From Longimicrobiales bacterium (GTDB lineage Bacteria > Gemmatimonadota > Gemmatimonadetes > Longimicrobiales > Gaopeijiaceae): 64,000 nucleotides of DNA. Below the pieces are notes generated by a model. It was not told the DNA's origin and made no database searches. It saw nothing but the letters and a program-made list of their open reading frames with translations. The position numbers and the translations under genes were made by a program. The stretch's first letter is position 1, and every line of letters starts with the position of its first letter. The stretch is from contig OZ242008.1 of the NCBI GenBank assembly GCA_965204735.1, positions 3,936,001-4,000,000 of the forward strand, written 5' to 3'. This document shows positions 9,912 through 19,395 of the stretch, in pieces.

Positions 9912-10832
9912 ATGATCGAACGAGGGATTCCATACTACACCGTGGACGCATTCACGGACAGCCCGTTCGGCGGCAACCCGGCCGCCGTGTGCTTGGACGC
10001 CGACAAGGTCTCCGACGAGGGGCGACTGCGGATCGCCCAGGAGATGAATCTGTCCGAGACCGCCTTCGTGCATCGGCCGGATTCGGACGGCGTCCGCCGG
10101 CTCCGCTGGTTCACCCCGGTCGCCGAAGTGCCCCTCTGCGGCCACGCGACCTTGGCCAGCGCCCATGTGCTCCTCCGGGAAATGGGGGCGAAGGGGCCCG
10201 TCGTCTTCGACTCGGCCTCCGGACCGCTGATCGTGCACGAGGACGACGGACGCCTGCTCATGGACCTCCCCGCCGCGCCGGCGACGGAAGCGCCGATGCC
10301 GCCGGGCCTGATGGAGGCGCTGGACCCGTCGGCCGCGCTCGGCGACCACGACCCGGCCGACGACCGTCCCGCCGTCGCAGGACCCCATGCGCAGCCGTCG
10401 CCGACTCGACCCTGGGCCGAACACCCGGCCGACCGCCCCGTCTTCGCCGCGTCCGCCAAGGTGGCTCTCGTGGCGCTGCCCTCGGAGGACGCCGTGCTCT
10501 CCGTCCAGCCCGACTTCGGGGCGATGGCCCGACTCGTCCTGCCGGGCGCGCCGATGGGCGTGGCGGTGACGGCCCCGAGCGCCGCGCCGGATGTGGACTT
10601 CGTCTCCCGCTTCTTCGCTCCTTGGCTGGGGGTGGACGAGGACCCGGTCACCGGCGTCGCCCACACGACCTTGACGCCATGGTGGGCAGGGCGCCTGGGA
10701 AAGACGGAGATGTCGGCCCGTCAGCGGTCGCGGCGGGGCGGCTCGCTGCTGGTGCGGAGCAAGGGCGACCGAGTGGAGCTGCTCGGCCAGGCGGTGACGG
10801 TGGCGGCCGGCGCCATGGTGCGGCCGGCGTAG
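9912..10832 (+). CDS. PhzF-family isomerase/epimerase
   Basis: VDAFTDSPFGGNPAAV, EMNLSETAF, RWFTPVAEVPLCGHATLA, SRFFAP, EDPVTG. Confidence 0.92.
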   Translation: MIERGIPYYTVDAFTDSPFGGNPAAVCLDADKVSDEGRLRIAQEMNLSETAFVHRPDSDGVRRLRWFTPVAEVPLCGHATLASAHVLLREMGAKGPVVFDSASGPLIVHEDDGRLLMDLPAAPATEAPMPPGLMEALDPSAALGDHDPADDRPAVAGPHAQPSPTRPWAEHPADRPVFAASAKVALVALPSEDAVLSVQPDFGAMARLVLPGAPMGVAVTAPSAAPDVDFVSRFFAPWLGVDEDPVTGVAHTTLTPWWAGRLGKTEMSARQRSRRGGSLLVRSKGDRVELLGQAVTVAAGAMVRPA

Positions 10833-10845
10833 CCGCGGGCGAGGG

Positions 10846-11103
10846 TCAGAGGTCGGAGACGTCGATCGACTCGTCGATCAGCATGATCGGGATCCCCTCG
10901 CGGATCGGGTACAGGATCCGGCCGTCCTCCCGCAGCAGTCCCTCGGCCACGGGTTCGGCGACGGGCTCTCCCCCGCGGGTCGTCGCCCTGCCCTTGGCGA
11001 CCGCGGCGTTGACCCGCTCGAGCACGCCGGCCGCCGCCACGCCGACGGGCTCCTTGGTCTCGGGGCAGACCAGGATGTCGAGGAGTTCCTGATCGAGAGG
11101 CAC
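10846..11103 (-). CDS. Trm112-family (UPF0434/YcaR-like) protein
   Basis: ELLDILVCP...YPIREGIPIMLIDE. AGGAG RBS. Confidence 0.88.
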   Translation of the reverse strand: MPLDQELLDILVCPETKEPVGVAAAGVLERVNAAVAKGRATTRGGEPVAEPVAEGLLREDGRILYPIREGIPIMLIDESIDVSDL

Positions 11104-11139
11104 GGGCGCTCCTTTGCCGCCGAGGTGTATCTTGCTGGG

Positions 11140-11628
11140 ATGAAGAACCTGAATCTACGACGCTTCTTGGCGGCCGCGCTTGCCGCAGCCGCGACGGCGC
11201 CTCTGGGGGCCGGCGCCGGGACGGCCCAGGAGGCCCGGGTCCTCCCTGCGCCGGGAAGCGCCTGGATCGTCTTCGGCGCCGACACGGTGGTCGCCGAGGT
11301 CGCGAGTCTCCCGGCCCAGCGGGAAGAGGGCCTGATGCACCGCGAAGCCGTTCCGGACGGCACGGGAATGCTCTTCGTCTTCCCCGACAGCGAGCATCGT
11401 TCCTTCTGGATGCGGGACACCCCCGTCGCCCTGGACATCGCGTTCTTCGACGACCGCTACCGGATCGCCGGCATCAAGCAGATGGACGCCATGGACGAGA
11501 CGCTCACCGACTCGGACGTGGCCACGGCGCTGGCGCTGGAAGTGCGCCGGGGATGGTTCGCCGACCACGGGGTCGGCGTCGGCGACGAGGCCGAGGTGGT
11601 GTTCGGCCCGGGCTTGGTGGTGCGCTGA
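11140..11628 (+). CDS. DUF192-family exported protein
   Basis: Signal peptide, GLMHRE, GMLFVF, FWMRDTPVALDIAF, ALEV. Confidence 0.88.
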   Translation: MKNLNLRRFLAAALAAAATAPLGAGAGTAQEARVLPAPGSAWIVFGADTVVAEVASLPAQREEGLMHREAVPDGTGMLFVFPDSEHRSFWMRDTPVALDIAFFDDRYRIAGIKQMDAMDETLTDSDVATALALEVRRGWFADHGVGVGDEAEVVFGPGLVVR

Positions 11629-11643
11629 AGCGCGCGCGGCTTC

Positions 11644-12804
11644 TCAGCCCAGAGCGTCCTCCAGCGCCGACGCCAGCGCGTCGATGTCCTCTTCGTCGTT
11701 GTAGACGTTGGGCGAGACGCGCACGCTGGCGCCCCTGAACGACACCCCGACCCGGCGACGCGCCAAGCACGCCTTCGCCTTCTCCAGGTCCGCTCCCGCC
11801 GGAAGCCGCACCCCGAAGACGTGGGCGCTGCGCCATCGGTCTTCCTCCACCCCCACGCCGAGCGACCGCAGGCGGGGGAACAGCTCCCGGGTCAAGGCGG
11901 CGCAGTAGGCGGACACCCGCTCCGGGTCCCACTCCAGCACCAGCTCCAGGGAGGCCGAGAGGGCCGGGATCAGGGCGAAGTTGCTGCGCTGCCCCACGTC
12001 GAACCTGGCGGCGCCGGGCTGGTACTCGTCCACGTACTCCACCAAGCCGGGGAAGTTCTCCGAGCCGCGACGGGCGATCCACGTCTCTTCCAGGGGCGCC
12101 CCGTCCAGGTACCGCTCCCCGAACCACGCCAGCGAGAGCGAGTACGGTCCCAGGAGCCACTTGTAGCCCGCCACCACGAGCGCGTCGGGCGCCAGAGCGG
12201 CCACGTCGAAGGGAGCCGCGCCCACCGACTGGGTTCCGTCCACCACCAGCGCCGCTCCCACCTCCCGGGTCCTCTCCCGCACCGCGGCCAGGTCGAAGCG
12301 GACTCCGTCCGTCCAGTGCACCGTCCCCATCGCCACTGCCGCCGTGTTCCCGTCGATCCTGTCCAGGACGCCCTCGGTCCAGCCGCCGCCCCCCTTCGCG
12401 CCCGCCGGGCGCGCGACCCGCACCTCGCCGCCCTTGTCGGCCGCGAGGCGGCGCCAGGGGTAGACGTTCCCCGGGAACTGCTCGTGGAGCACGACCACGT
12501 TCCGGCCCGGACCCATCGGTGTGTTGCGGGCGATCGTCGATACCGCGTAGGAGACCGACGGCACCGTCGCCACGTCTTCGGGCCGGGGCGCCCCCACCAG
12601 CTTGGCGAAGCGCGCGCGCAGCTCGTCGGCCGGCCGGAAGAAGTCCTCCGGCGAGATCGACTGGGGGAAGCGCTTGGCCCGCAGTCCCTCGATGCCCGCC
12701 GCTTCGGCCGCCCGGGGGAGCGGTCCCATGTAGGCGCAGTTCAGGTAGTGGAAGGCGGGCGGAAGGGAGAAGCGCTTCCGCTGGCACCGAAGCCGTCCTC
12801 TCAC
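11644..12804 (-). CDS. Class V PLP-dependent aminotransferase/desulfurase-like enzyme
   Basis: YLNCAYMGP, EQFPGN, VDGTQSVG, AGYKWLLGP (PLP lysine), RVSPNVYN. Start uncertain. Confidence 0.88.
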   Translation of the reverse strand: MRGRLRCQRKRFSLPPAFHYLNCAYMGPLPRAAEAAGIEGLRAKRFPQSISPEDFFRPADELRARFAKLVGAPRPEDVATVPSVSYAVSTIARNTPMGPGRNVVVLHEQFPGNVYPWRRLAADKGGEVRVARPAGAKGGGGWTEGVLDRIDGNTAAVAMGTVHWTDGVRFDLAAVRERTREVGAALVVDGTQSVGAAPFDVAALAPDALVVAGYKWLLGPYSLSLAWFGERYLDGAPLEETWIARRGSENFPGLVEYVDEYQPGAARFDVGQRSNFALIPALSASLELVLEWDPERVSAYCAALTRELFPRLRSLGVGVEEDRWRSAHVFGVRLPAGADLEKAKACLARRRVGVSFRGASVRVSPNVYNDEEDIDALASALEDALG

Positions 12805-12817
12805 GGCGCCGACCGTG

Positions 12818-13840
12818 CTACGACGAGCCGGCACCGGGCAGGTGCGCCGTCATCCAAGCCTGCGTGGCCGCATGCGCCTCGATCGGCGCGACCAGCAGCG
12901 ACCCCATGCGGATCTGGTTCACCATTTCGTGGACCTGCCCCAGCTCGTCGCGCTCGTCCGCAAGCAGCCGCAGCACGTGCCCCACCACGTCGTCGGGAAT
13001 CTCCGACATCGCCACGACCCAGTTGAGGACAGCGGCCGTCGTCACGTCTCCGTCCATGGCCGGATAGGCCCCCTGGGGGATCGTTCCCTGCGAGTAGTAG
13101 GGGTAGCGGCTCTGCAGGAGGTCGATCTTCTCCGTCTCCATGGCCAGGAGGCGGGCGCCGCCGGTGGTGGTGGCCTCGAGCACCGCAGCCGCCGGATAGC
13201 CGACCGAGATGATCGCCGCGTCCAGCGCGCCGTCCTTCAGCGCCGTCGCCGACTCCGTGAAGCTCAGGTAGCGTGGCGTCACGTCGTCGTAGGTCAGGTC
13301 GTAGGCGCCCAAGACCTGTCGCGCCATCTGCTCCGTGCCGCTTCCCGCCGGTCCCACGGAGACCGTCCGGCCCCGAAGCTCGGCCACCGAGGTCGCCGTG
13401 GAGCCCCTGGAGACCAGAACGTGGGTCATGTTCGGGTAGAGGGGCGCCACGATCCGCAGCTCCTCCACGGCTTCGTCGTAGTCCTGGCCGCCGGTGGCCG
13501 CTTCGTAGATCGTGTTGCCGGTGGCGAAGGCCAGGTCGGTCTGACGCTCGCGAAGCCGGTTGACGTTCTCCACGGACCCCCCGCTCACCTCGGCGGTGTA
13601 CTGCCGCGTGCTGTCCATGACCGAGAGGCGCGACGCCAGAGCGCCCCCCAGCGGATAGTAGATGCCTCCTGTGCCTGCGGTTCCCAGGCTCATGAACTCC
13701 CGGGTTCCAGGCGGGGAGCACGCGGCCCCCGCCAAGACGACCGCCGCCAGCGCGGGGATCGCCGGCCGTTTCGCCGCCAGGCGGGGCAGCCGCAGCCGGG
13801 TCGCGGCTCCGGGGTTCGACGCTCTCTTCAACGGGCTCAT
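12818..13840 (-). CDS. TAXI-family TRAP transporter solute-binding lipoprotein
   Basis: Lipobox LAGAAC, GTAGTGGIYY, GGSVENV, GPAGSGTE. Confidence 0.92.
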   Translation of the reverse strand: MSPLKRASNPGAATRLRLPRLAAKRPAIPALAAVVLAGAACSPPGTREFMSLGTAGTGGIYYPLGGALASRLSVMDSTRQYTAEVSGGSVENVNRLRERQTDLAFATGNTIYEAATGGQDYDEAVEELRIVAPLYPNMTHVLVSRGSTATSVAELRGRTVSVGPAGSGTEQMARQVLGAYDLTYDDVTPRYLSFTESATALKDGALDAAIISVGYPAAAVLEATTTGGARLLAMETEKIDLLQSRYPYYSQGTIPQGAYPAMDGDVTTAAVLNWVVAMSEIPDDVVGHVLRLLADERDELGQVHEMVNQIRMGSLLVAPIEAHAATQAWMTAHLPGAGSS

Positions 13841-13856
13841 TTCGACGACGACTCCT

Positions 13857-13878
13857 TTGGAAGAGGATTGGAAGAGGA
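13857..13878. repeat. 11-bp tandem direct repeat (TTGGAAGAGGA x2) just upstream of the TAXI gene RBS
   Basis: Read directly at 13857-13867 and 13868-13878. Confidence 0.7.
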
Positions 13879-13897
13879 AGTGCGGGAAGGGGACGGG

Positions 13898-15781
13898 CTA
13901 CGGGCGCCCCGCCGGGTCGGCAGCGGGCGCCCCGCCGACTGTCCGGGGCCTTGCGACGCCGACGAGGCCGCCGATCAAGAAGAGTCCCAGGCCGATCCCG
14001 TCCCAGATCGGTTCGGGGGCGACCAGCGCCACCGCCGCGGCCAGCAGGACCACTCGCCGCCACGGTCGCAACGGCCCCCGAACGTAGCCGATCACGACGC
14101 CCGCAAGCGCCGTTGCGCCCACCAGCGCCGAAAGCGAAGTGACGGCGACCTCCTTCGCCGAGCCGTCCAGGATCAGCGCGGGCGCGTAGACGAACATGAA
14201 GGGGACCAGGAAGCCCGCGGAAGCCAGCCCCATGGCGGTCCACGCGGTCTTGAGGGGGGGCGAGCCGGCGATTCCGGCGGCGGCGTAGGCCGCCAGCGAC
14301 ACCGGAGGAGTCACGTTCGAGATGCAGCCGAAGTAGAAGATGAAGAGGTGCGCGGCCAGCATCGGAACGCCCATCTCCACCAAGGCGGGAGCACCCAGCG
14401 CCGCCAGCACCACGTAAGCCGCCGTGGTGGGCAGTCCCATCCCCAGCACGATCGAACCCACTGCCGTCAGCCCCAGAGCGGCCAGGAGGTTGCCCTGGGA
14501 CACGACGACGATCATCTCCGACATGCGCAGCCCGATCCCCGTCAGCGAGGCCACTCCCACGACGATCCCCGCCGCCGCGCACGCCGCCGCCACCTGCACT
14601 GCGCCCCGCGCCCCCGCCCGCAGCGCTCCGGCAACCTGCTCCCGCCCCGGCCTGGTCCGCTTCACGGCCCACGCCGCCGCCAGCGACGAGACCACCCCCC
14701 AGAACGCCGCCCGCGTGGGCGACCGCCCCATCGCCAGCATCGCCACGATCACGCCGATCGGGAGCAGGAGGTGGGCTCGGTCGGCCACTTTCTCCTTGGC
14801 CGCCTTGGCGGCGCCGACCAGCCCCACCTTTCCCGCGCGGAAGTGGATCGCCCACAGAAGGGCCGTGTAGTAGAGCACGGCGGGGATCGCCGCGGCCAGC
14901 GCCACCTTTCCGTAGGGGATGTTCGTCCACGTGGCCAGGATGAAGGCGCCCGCCCCCATGACCGGCGGCATCAGCTGGCCACCCGTGCTGGCCGCCGCCT
15001 CGATCGCCCCGGCGAAGAACGGCTTGAAGCCGGAACGGCGCATGAGGGGAATCGTGAACGTTCCCGTCGTGACCACGTTGGCCACCGCGCTCCCGGAGAG
15101 GGACCCCATGAAGGCGCTGGAGACGGCCGCCGTCTTGGCCGGTCCGCCCCGGGTGCGGCCGGCGACGCGGTTCGCCAGGGCGATCAGCAGGGCGCCGCCT
15201 CCAGCCACGTCCAGGAACGCGCCGAAGAGCACGAAGAGGTAGACGAAGTCCGCCGACACTCCCAGGGGCACGCCCCATATCCCCTCCGTGGAGAGGAAGA
15301 GCTGCTCCACCAGCCGGCCCGGCCCGTAGCCCCGATGAGCCAGGATTCCCGGCAGCCACGGGCCCGCCAAGGCATAGGCCAGCGCGGCCCCGGCCACCAC
15401 CACCAAGCCCCATCCCGTGGCCCGGCGAGCCAGCAGGAGAACCCCCGCGACCACCACCGCGCCTGCCCCCAGGTCCAGGGCCGTCGGGCTCCCGGAGCGC
15501 GCCACCAGCGCTTCGTTCTGGGAAACCAAGTACAGGCAGCACAGGACCAGAACTCCCCCGGCGACGGCGTTGAACGCCCAGCCCCAGCTCGACCGAGGCA
15601 GCGTCCGAACGCCCACCCCCATGAACGCCAGCGACGCCATGAAGGCCAAGTGGACGGGACGCTGGACCAGCGCCGTGAAGGGCGACACCCCCGCTCCGAA
15701 GAGGTGGAAGAGCGCCGCCAGCGCGGCGACGACCAGAACTGCCCGTCCCGCCCGCCCAACGGGGACGGGAGCCGCGCTCAC
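13898..15781 (-). CDS. TRAP transporter fused permease (4TM/12TM, TAXI-associated)
   Basis: EGIWGVPLGVS, GGPAKTA, SGSAVANVVTTG, EAAASTGGQLMPPVMGAGAF, LGMGLPTTAAY, TPPV. Confidence 0.93.
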   Translation of the reverse strand: MSAAPVPVGRAGRAVLVVAALAALFHLFGAGVSPFTALVQRPVHLAFMASLAFMGVGVRTLPRSSWGWAFNAVAGGVLVLCCLYLVSQNEALVARSGSPTALDLGAGAVVVAGVLLLARRATGWGLVVVAGAALAYALAGPWLPGILAHRGYGPGRLVEQLFLSTEGIWGVPLGVSADFVYLFVLFGAFLDVAGGGALLIALANRVAGRTRGGPAKTAAVSSAFMGSLSGSAVANVVTTGTFTIPLMRRSGFKPFFAGAIEAAASTGGQLMPPVMGAGAFILATWTNIPYGKVALAAAIPAVLYYTALLWAIHFRAGKVGLVGAAKAAKEKVADRAHLLLPIGVIVAMLAMGRSPTRAAFWGVVSSLAAAWAVKRTRPGREQVAGALRAGARGAVQVAAACAAAGIVVGVASLTGIGLRMSEMIVVVSQGNLLAALGLTAVGSIVLGMGLPTTAAYVVLAALGAPALVEMGVPMLAAHLFIFYFGCISNVTPPVSLAAYAAAGIAGSPPLKTAWTAMGLASAGFLVPFMFVYAPALILDGSAKEVAVTSLSALVGATALAGVVIGYVRGPLRPWRRVVLLAAAVALVAPEPIWDGIGLGLFLIGGLVGVARPRTVGGAPAADPAGRP

Positions 15782-16468
15782 CTAGCGAAAGAGCGTCGGG
15801 AGAGCCGTAAGCATCGCCGGCGCCACCACCATCAGCGCAACCGTGATTGCGGCTGTCGGCGCCCAGCGGCGCCTCTCGTCCAGCAGGGAGAGGCCCAGCC
15901 CCGCTACGACCGCGACCCAGACGGAGAAGAGGTCCATGCCTCCAAGCACGCTCGCCAAGTAGCCCTCAGGCACGAACGGCATGAAGGTGCCCACGGAGAA
16001 GGCCGTGGTCAGGTCCAGGCTCCGGATTCTGAAGGGCAGCATGATCCAATAGCCCAAGGCGCCGACGACGTGGCTGTGGGCAAGCACCGAGAGGTGCTGC
16101 CTGAACGTGGCCTCGTCGCCGCGGACGAAGACGCACGCCACGTAGGTGAGCCCGGCCAGCAAGCAGGTGGTGCCGAAGGTCGCTGCCGTCGTCCCGACCA
16201 CGGCGACGCTCCTCATCACCGTTGCGCCCAGGTCTCCCATCGCTTCCGTCGCTTCCGGCGAGCCCTGCATCAGCTCCGTCCACACGTCCCCGGGGAGGAA
16301 CAAGAACGACGCTCCGGTCGCCACCGACGCGAACGCCAGCATGGGGAACCACGCCGGGCGGGCCGCCAGCGCCTGGAAGAGGGCGGCAGGCTGGAAGAGG
16401 ACCATCGCCATGCGGACGAAGAAGTTCGGGAGCTGGGGAGCGTCGTCCTGCAGATGGTGTTCGTTCAT
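15782..16468 (-). CDS. YIP1-family membrane protein
   Basis: VLFQPAALF N-terminal motif, about 5 TM helices, GEATFRQ-like loop. Abuts the TRAP permease start. Confidence 0.7.
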   Translation of the reverse strand: MNEHHLQDDAPQLPNFFVRMAMVLFQPAALFQALAARPAWFPMLAFASVATGASFLFLPGDVWTELMQGSPEATEAMGDLGATVMRSVAVVGTTAATFGTTCLLAGLTYVACVFVRGDEATFRQHLSVLAHSHVVGALGYWIMLPFRIRSLDLTTAFSVGTFMPFVPEGYLASVLGGMDLFSVWVAVVAGLGLSLLDERRRWAPTAAITVALMVVAPAMLTALPTLFR

Positions 16469-16811
16469 TTGGGTTCTCCGAGAAGCAGGTGGACGCTTTT
16501 CTCCGTGCACAGGCAGACGCTTGGCGGCCTGCCGTCCGCAACCTCGGGGGAATGGGCGCCGGCGCGCCCTCGAAGGACGATCCGGCCCGTCGTGCTGCGA
16601 GATCGGGAAGCTACGTTCCCCGGGGTGGCCGAGCAATTGGGGCGCTTCTGGCTCGAGGACCAATCCGCAGGAAATCCGGCCGTCGCCGGGTTCTGGCCGG
16701 ACCGCCGGTTCTGGTCCGGCGTCCATGGAGTGGTTATCGTTTCGGCCTTCCCGGCAGGCGCCTCCCCTTTGGCGAGCCGCTTGCCGGCCTGGTCGCAATC
16801 CCCGAGGCGCA

Positions 16812-17405
16812 ATGAGCTACAGGACCGACACAGACCGCATCCTCGACAACATCGACAGGGCCCGCAGCCGCGACATGGAGCGGGCTCTCTCCCTTCACGA
16901 CCGACAGGCCCGGGGGCGGGACATGAACACCGACGTTCCCGAAAACGACGCCACCACGCCCGAGCGGCTGAAGCGCATCTTCGGTTTGGTGGAGTCGGGG
17001 TACCGGAAGGCGGCGCAGGGCTCGGAGATCGGACCTCTCGCGGCCCGTTTTCGGTCGATCGGCGACATCTCCCACCACATCGCGAGGGGGGACGTCAGCG
17101 TGTCGGTCCACTACCTGGACTCGGGCCGCCACGACGACGTGGGCGTGGTTCCCTTCGAGGTCCGCGACTTCGACCTGGACGAGGCGAAGAAGGAAACCCG
17201 CACCAGCCGGCCCGACGTCAACGCCATGAAGGTCCTTCGCCTCCGGCTCCGCGACGGGGTGCTGGCCGCGTACCAGAAGATCGAGCCGCGACTGCGGGAC
17301 GCCCTCAAGGAGCGGGCGGACCACGGTCACGTCGCGGTGGAGGTGACGCTGGACCTGCGACCCGCCCACTCGCCGACCCAGCCGACCGACCACTCCCCCG
17401 ATTAG
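16812..17405 (+). CDS. Hypothetical cytoplasmic protein (197 aa)
   Basis: GAGG RBS, strong GC3 codon bias, balanced charged composition (MSYRTDTDRILDNIDRARSRDMERAL...). Confidence 0.8.
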   Translation: MSYRTDTDRILDNIDRARSRDMERALSLHDRQARGRDMNTDVPENDATTPERLKRIFGLVESGYRKAAQGSEIGPLAARFRSIGDISHHIARGDVSVSVHYLDSGRHDDVGVVPFEVRDFDLDEAKKETRTSRPDVNAMKVLRLRLRDGVLAAYQKIEPRLRDALKERADHGHVAVEVTLDLRPAHSPTQPTDHSPD

Positions 17406-17435
17406 GAGCGATCCCGACAGCTGTCCCATTCAGCC

Positions 17436-19241
17436 ATGGAAGCGCCCATTCTGCGGCGCGACAATTCCTCCATGGCAATACGCGGCAAGCTCCTCGGACA
17501 GCTTCTGATCGATTCCGGCGCCGTCACGCCCAGCGCGCTGAAGGACGCCCTGGCGGAGCAGTCCCGCTCCGGGCGGCGGCTGGGCGAGGTCCTCCAGAGG
17601 AAGGGCGTCGTCGACGAGGCCGACGTGGCGAAGGCCCTGAGCGCCCAGCTGAACTTGGCCTACGTCGCCCCGCCCCTCCGGCCCGAGCCCAAGGCGCTGG
17701 CGAAGATCCAGCCCAAGCTGGCCCGGGCGAAGGGCGTGCTGCCCCTCTCCGTCACGGGACGGCGGCTCACGGTGGCGATGGCGAACCCCTTGGACGGCGA
17801 AGCGGTGGACGACCTGCGCTTCCAGTCGGGGTGCCACGTGGAAGCGGTGGTCGCGCCGCCGTCGGCGGTGGCCAGGGGCGTGCTGGAAGCGTACGGCGGC
17901 GAGCTTCCCGAGCTGCTGAGCCGCCTGGGCCGCTCGGCGCCGGAGGGGAAGAGCGATGCCCGAGCGCTGGAGCAGGAGGCCAGCGCGGCCCCCATCGTGC
18001 GGATCGTGGACCACATCCTCGCGAGGGCGGTGGACGCCCGCGCCAGCGACATCCACGTCGAGACCATGGGCGACGGCTCCCGCGTGCGCCTTCGGGTGGA
18101 CGGCCTTCTCTCCACCGCCACGGAGCTGCCCCCGGGGAGCCACCAGGCGGCGATCTCCCGAATCAAGATCTTGGCGGGCCTGGACATCTCGGTCCGGCGA
18201 CGCCCCCAGGACGGCGGCTTCACCGTCCGCCGGGGCGACTCCAAGCTCACGGTGCGGGTCTCCACCATTCCCACAAGCGGGGGCGAGAAGGCGGTGCTCC
18301 GGTTGCTGGACCCCGGCGACGCGCCCAGGAGCCTCTCTTCCCTGGGACTCTCGGACCACGACCTGGGACGGCTCCGGCAGGTGCTGAACCGGCGGCAGGG
18401 CGTCCTGCTGGCGGCCGGCCCCACGGGGAGCGGCAAGACCACGACCCTCTCGGGCGCCGTGGCGGAGCTCTCGGCCGAGAAGATCAACATCGTCACGCTG
18501 GAGGACCCGGTCGAGTACCGCTTTCCCGGGGTGGCCCAGATGGAGATCGACCGCAAGGCGGGAGTGGACTTTCCCTCCGGGCTGCGAGCGATCCTGCGGC
18601 AGGACCCGGACGTGATCCTGGTGGGAGAGGTGCGTGACCGGGAGACGGCGGAGATCGCCATGTCGGCGGCGGTCACCGGCCACCTGGTCCTCACGACGAT
18701 CCACACGATGGACGCTCCCAGCGCCGTGGTTCGCCTGTTGGAGATGGGGGTACCGCCGTTTCTGGTGGCCGGTGGACTGGCCGGGGTGGTGGCCCAGCGC
18801 CTGGTGCGGAAGCTCTGCGCGCGCTGCGCCGGGAGGGGCGGGCGCGAGTGCCCCGTGTGCACCGACGGCTACCACGGACGCAAGGGCGTCTTCGAAGTGC
18901 TGGTGGTGGACGACGAGATGCGGACCGCGATCTCCTCCAACGCGTCGATCTCGGCCCTTCGCGCCCTGGCACGGGAGAACGGGATGGGTTCGATGGCTCG
19001 GGACGCGATGCGAAAGGTGGCGGAAGCCGCAACGTCGCCGCACGAGGCGGGCAGGATCATCGCGTTGTCGGCAGGGTCGGCGGCCCAGTGCGGAAGCTGC
19101 GGCGAGTCGCTTCCCCCGGGCGCCGTCGGGTGTCCCGGATGCGGGCGCCCCCGCGGCGCCACCTGTTCGTGCGGCGAGCCCATCGCCTCGAAGTGGCGGT
19201 TCTGTCCTGCGTGCCTGCGCTCGGTTCCCGTGCTGGCGTGA
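17436..19241 (+). CDS. GspE/PilB-family secretion/pilus ATPase with N-terminal MshEN domain and C-terminal double zinc ribbon
   Basis: LGQLL...RLGEVL MshEN repeats, ASDIHVE, PQDG, GPTGSGKTTT, TLEDPVE, LRQDPDVILVGEVRD, TGHLVLTTIH, Cys-rich tail. Alternative start at 17472. Confidence 0.93.
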   Translation: MEAPILRRDNSSMAIRGKLLGQLLIDSGAVTPSALKDALAEQSRSGRRLGEVLQRKGVVDEADVAKALSAQLNLAYVAPPLRPEPKALAKIQPKLARAKGVLPLSVTGRRLTVAMANPLDGEAVDDLRFQSGCHVEAVVAPPSAVARGVLEAYGGELPELLSRLGRSAPEGKSDARALEQEASAAPIVRIVDHILARAVDARASDIHVETMGDGSRVRLRVDGLLSTATELPPGSHQAAISRIKILAGLDISVRRRPQDGGFTVRRGDSKLTVRVSTIPTSGGEKAVLRLLDPGDAPRSLSSLGLSDHDLGRLRQVLNRRQGVLLAAGPTGSGKTTTLSGAVAELSAEKINIVTLEDPVEYRFPGVAQMEIDRKAGVDFPSGLRAILRQDPDVILVGEVRDRETAEIAMSAAVTGHLVLTTIHTMDAPSAVVRLLEMGVPPFLVAGGLAGVVAQRLVRKLCARCAGRGGRECPVCTDGYHGRKGVFEVLVVDDEMRTAISSNASISALRALARENGMGSMARDAMRKVAEAATSPHEAGRIIALSAGSAAQCGSCGESLPPGAVGCPGCGRPRGATCSCGEPIASKWRFCPACLRSVPVLA

Positions 19242-19395
19242 CCCGCGTCCGACGCCGCCGGCGCCGTCTCTTGTCTGCGCCGCTGCCGTCGGCTTGCGCG
19301 ACTTTCGAGCCGCATCCGCACTACCCGCCCGAGCTGCGCCCGTCTCATGTGCGCCGCTCCGTCGGCTTGCGCGACAGGGGCTCGCTTCTTGCCGT

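Noticed and set aside
12815..18637. 1940-aa plus-strand ORF and other very long Arg/Pro/Gly-rich ORFs (e.g. 23118..26573, 43573..46581, 53108..56575)
   Set aside because: Shadow or antisense frames of real genes in high-GC DNA, with no motifs.
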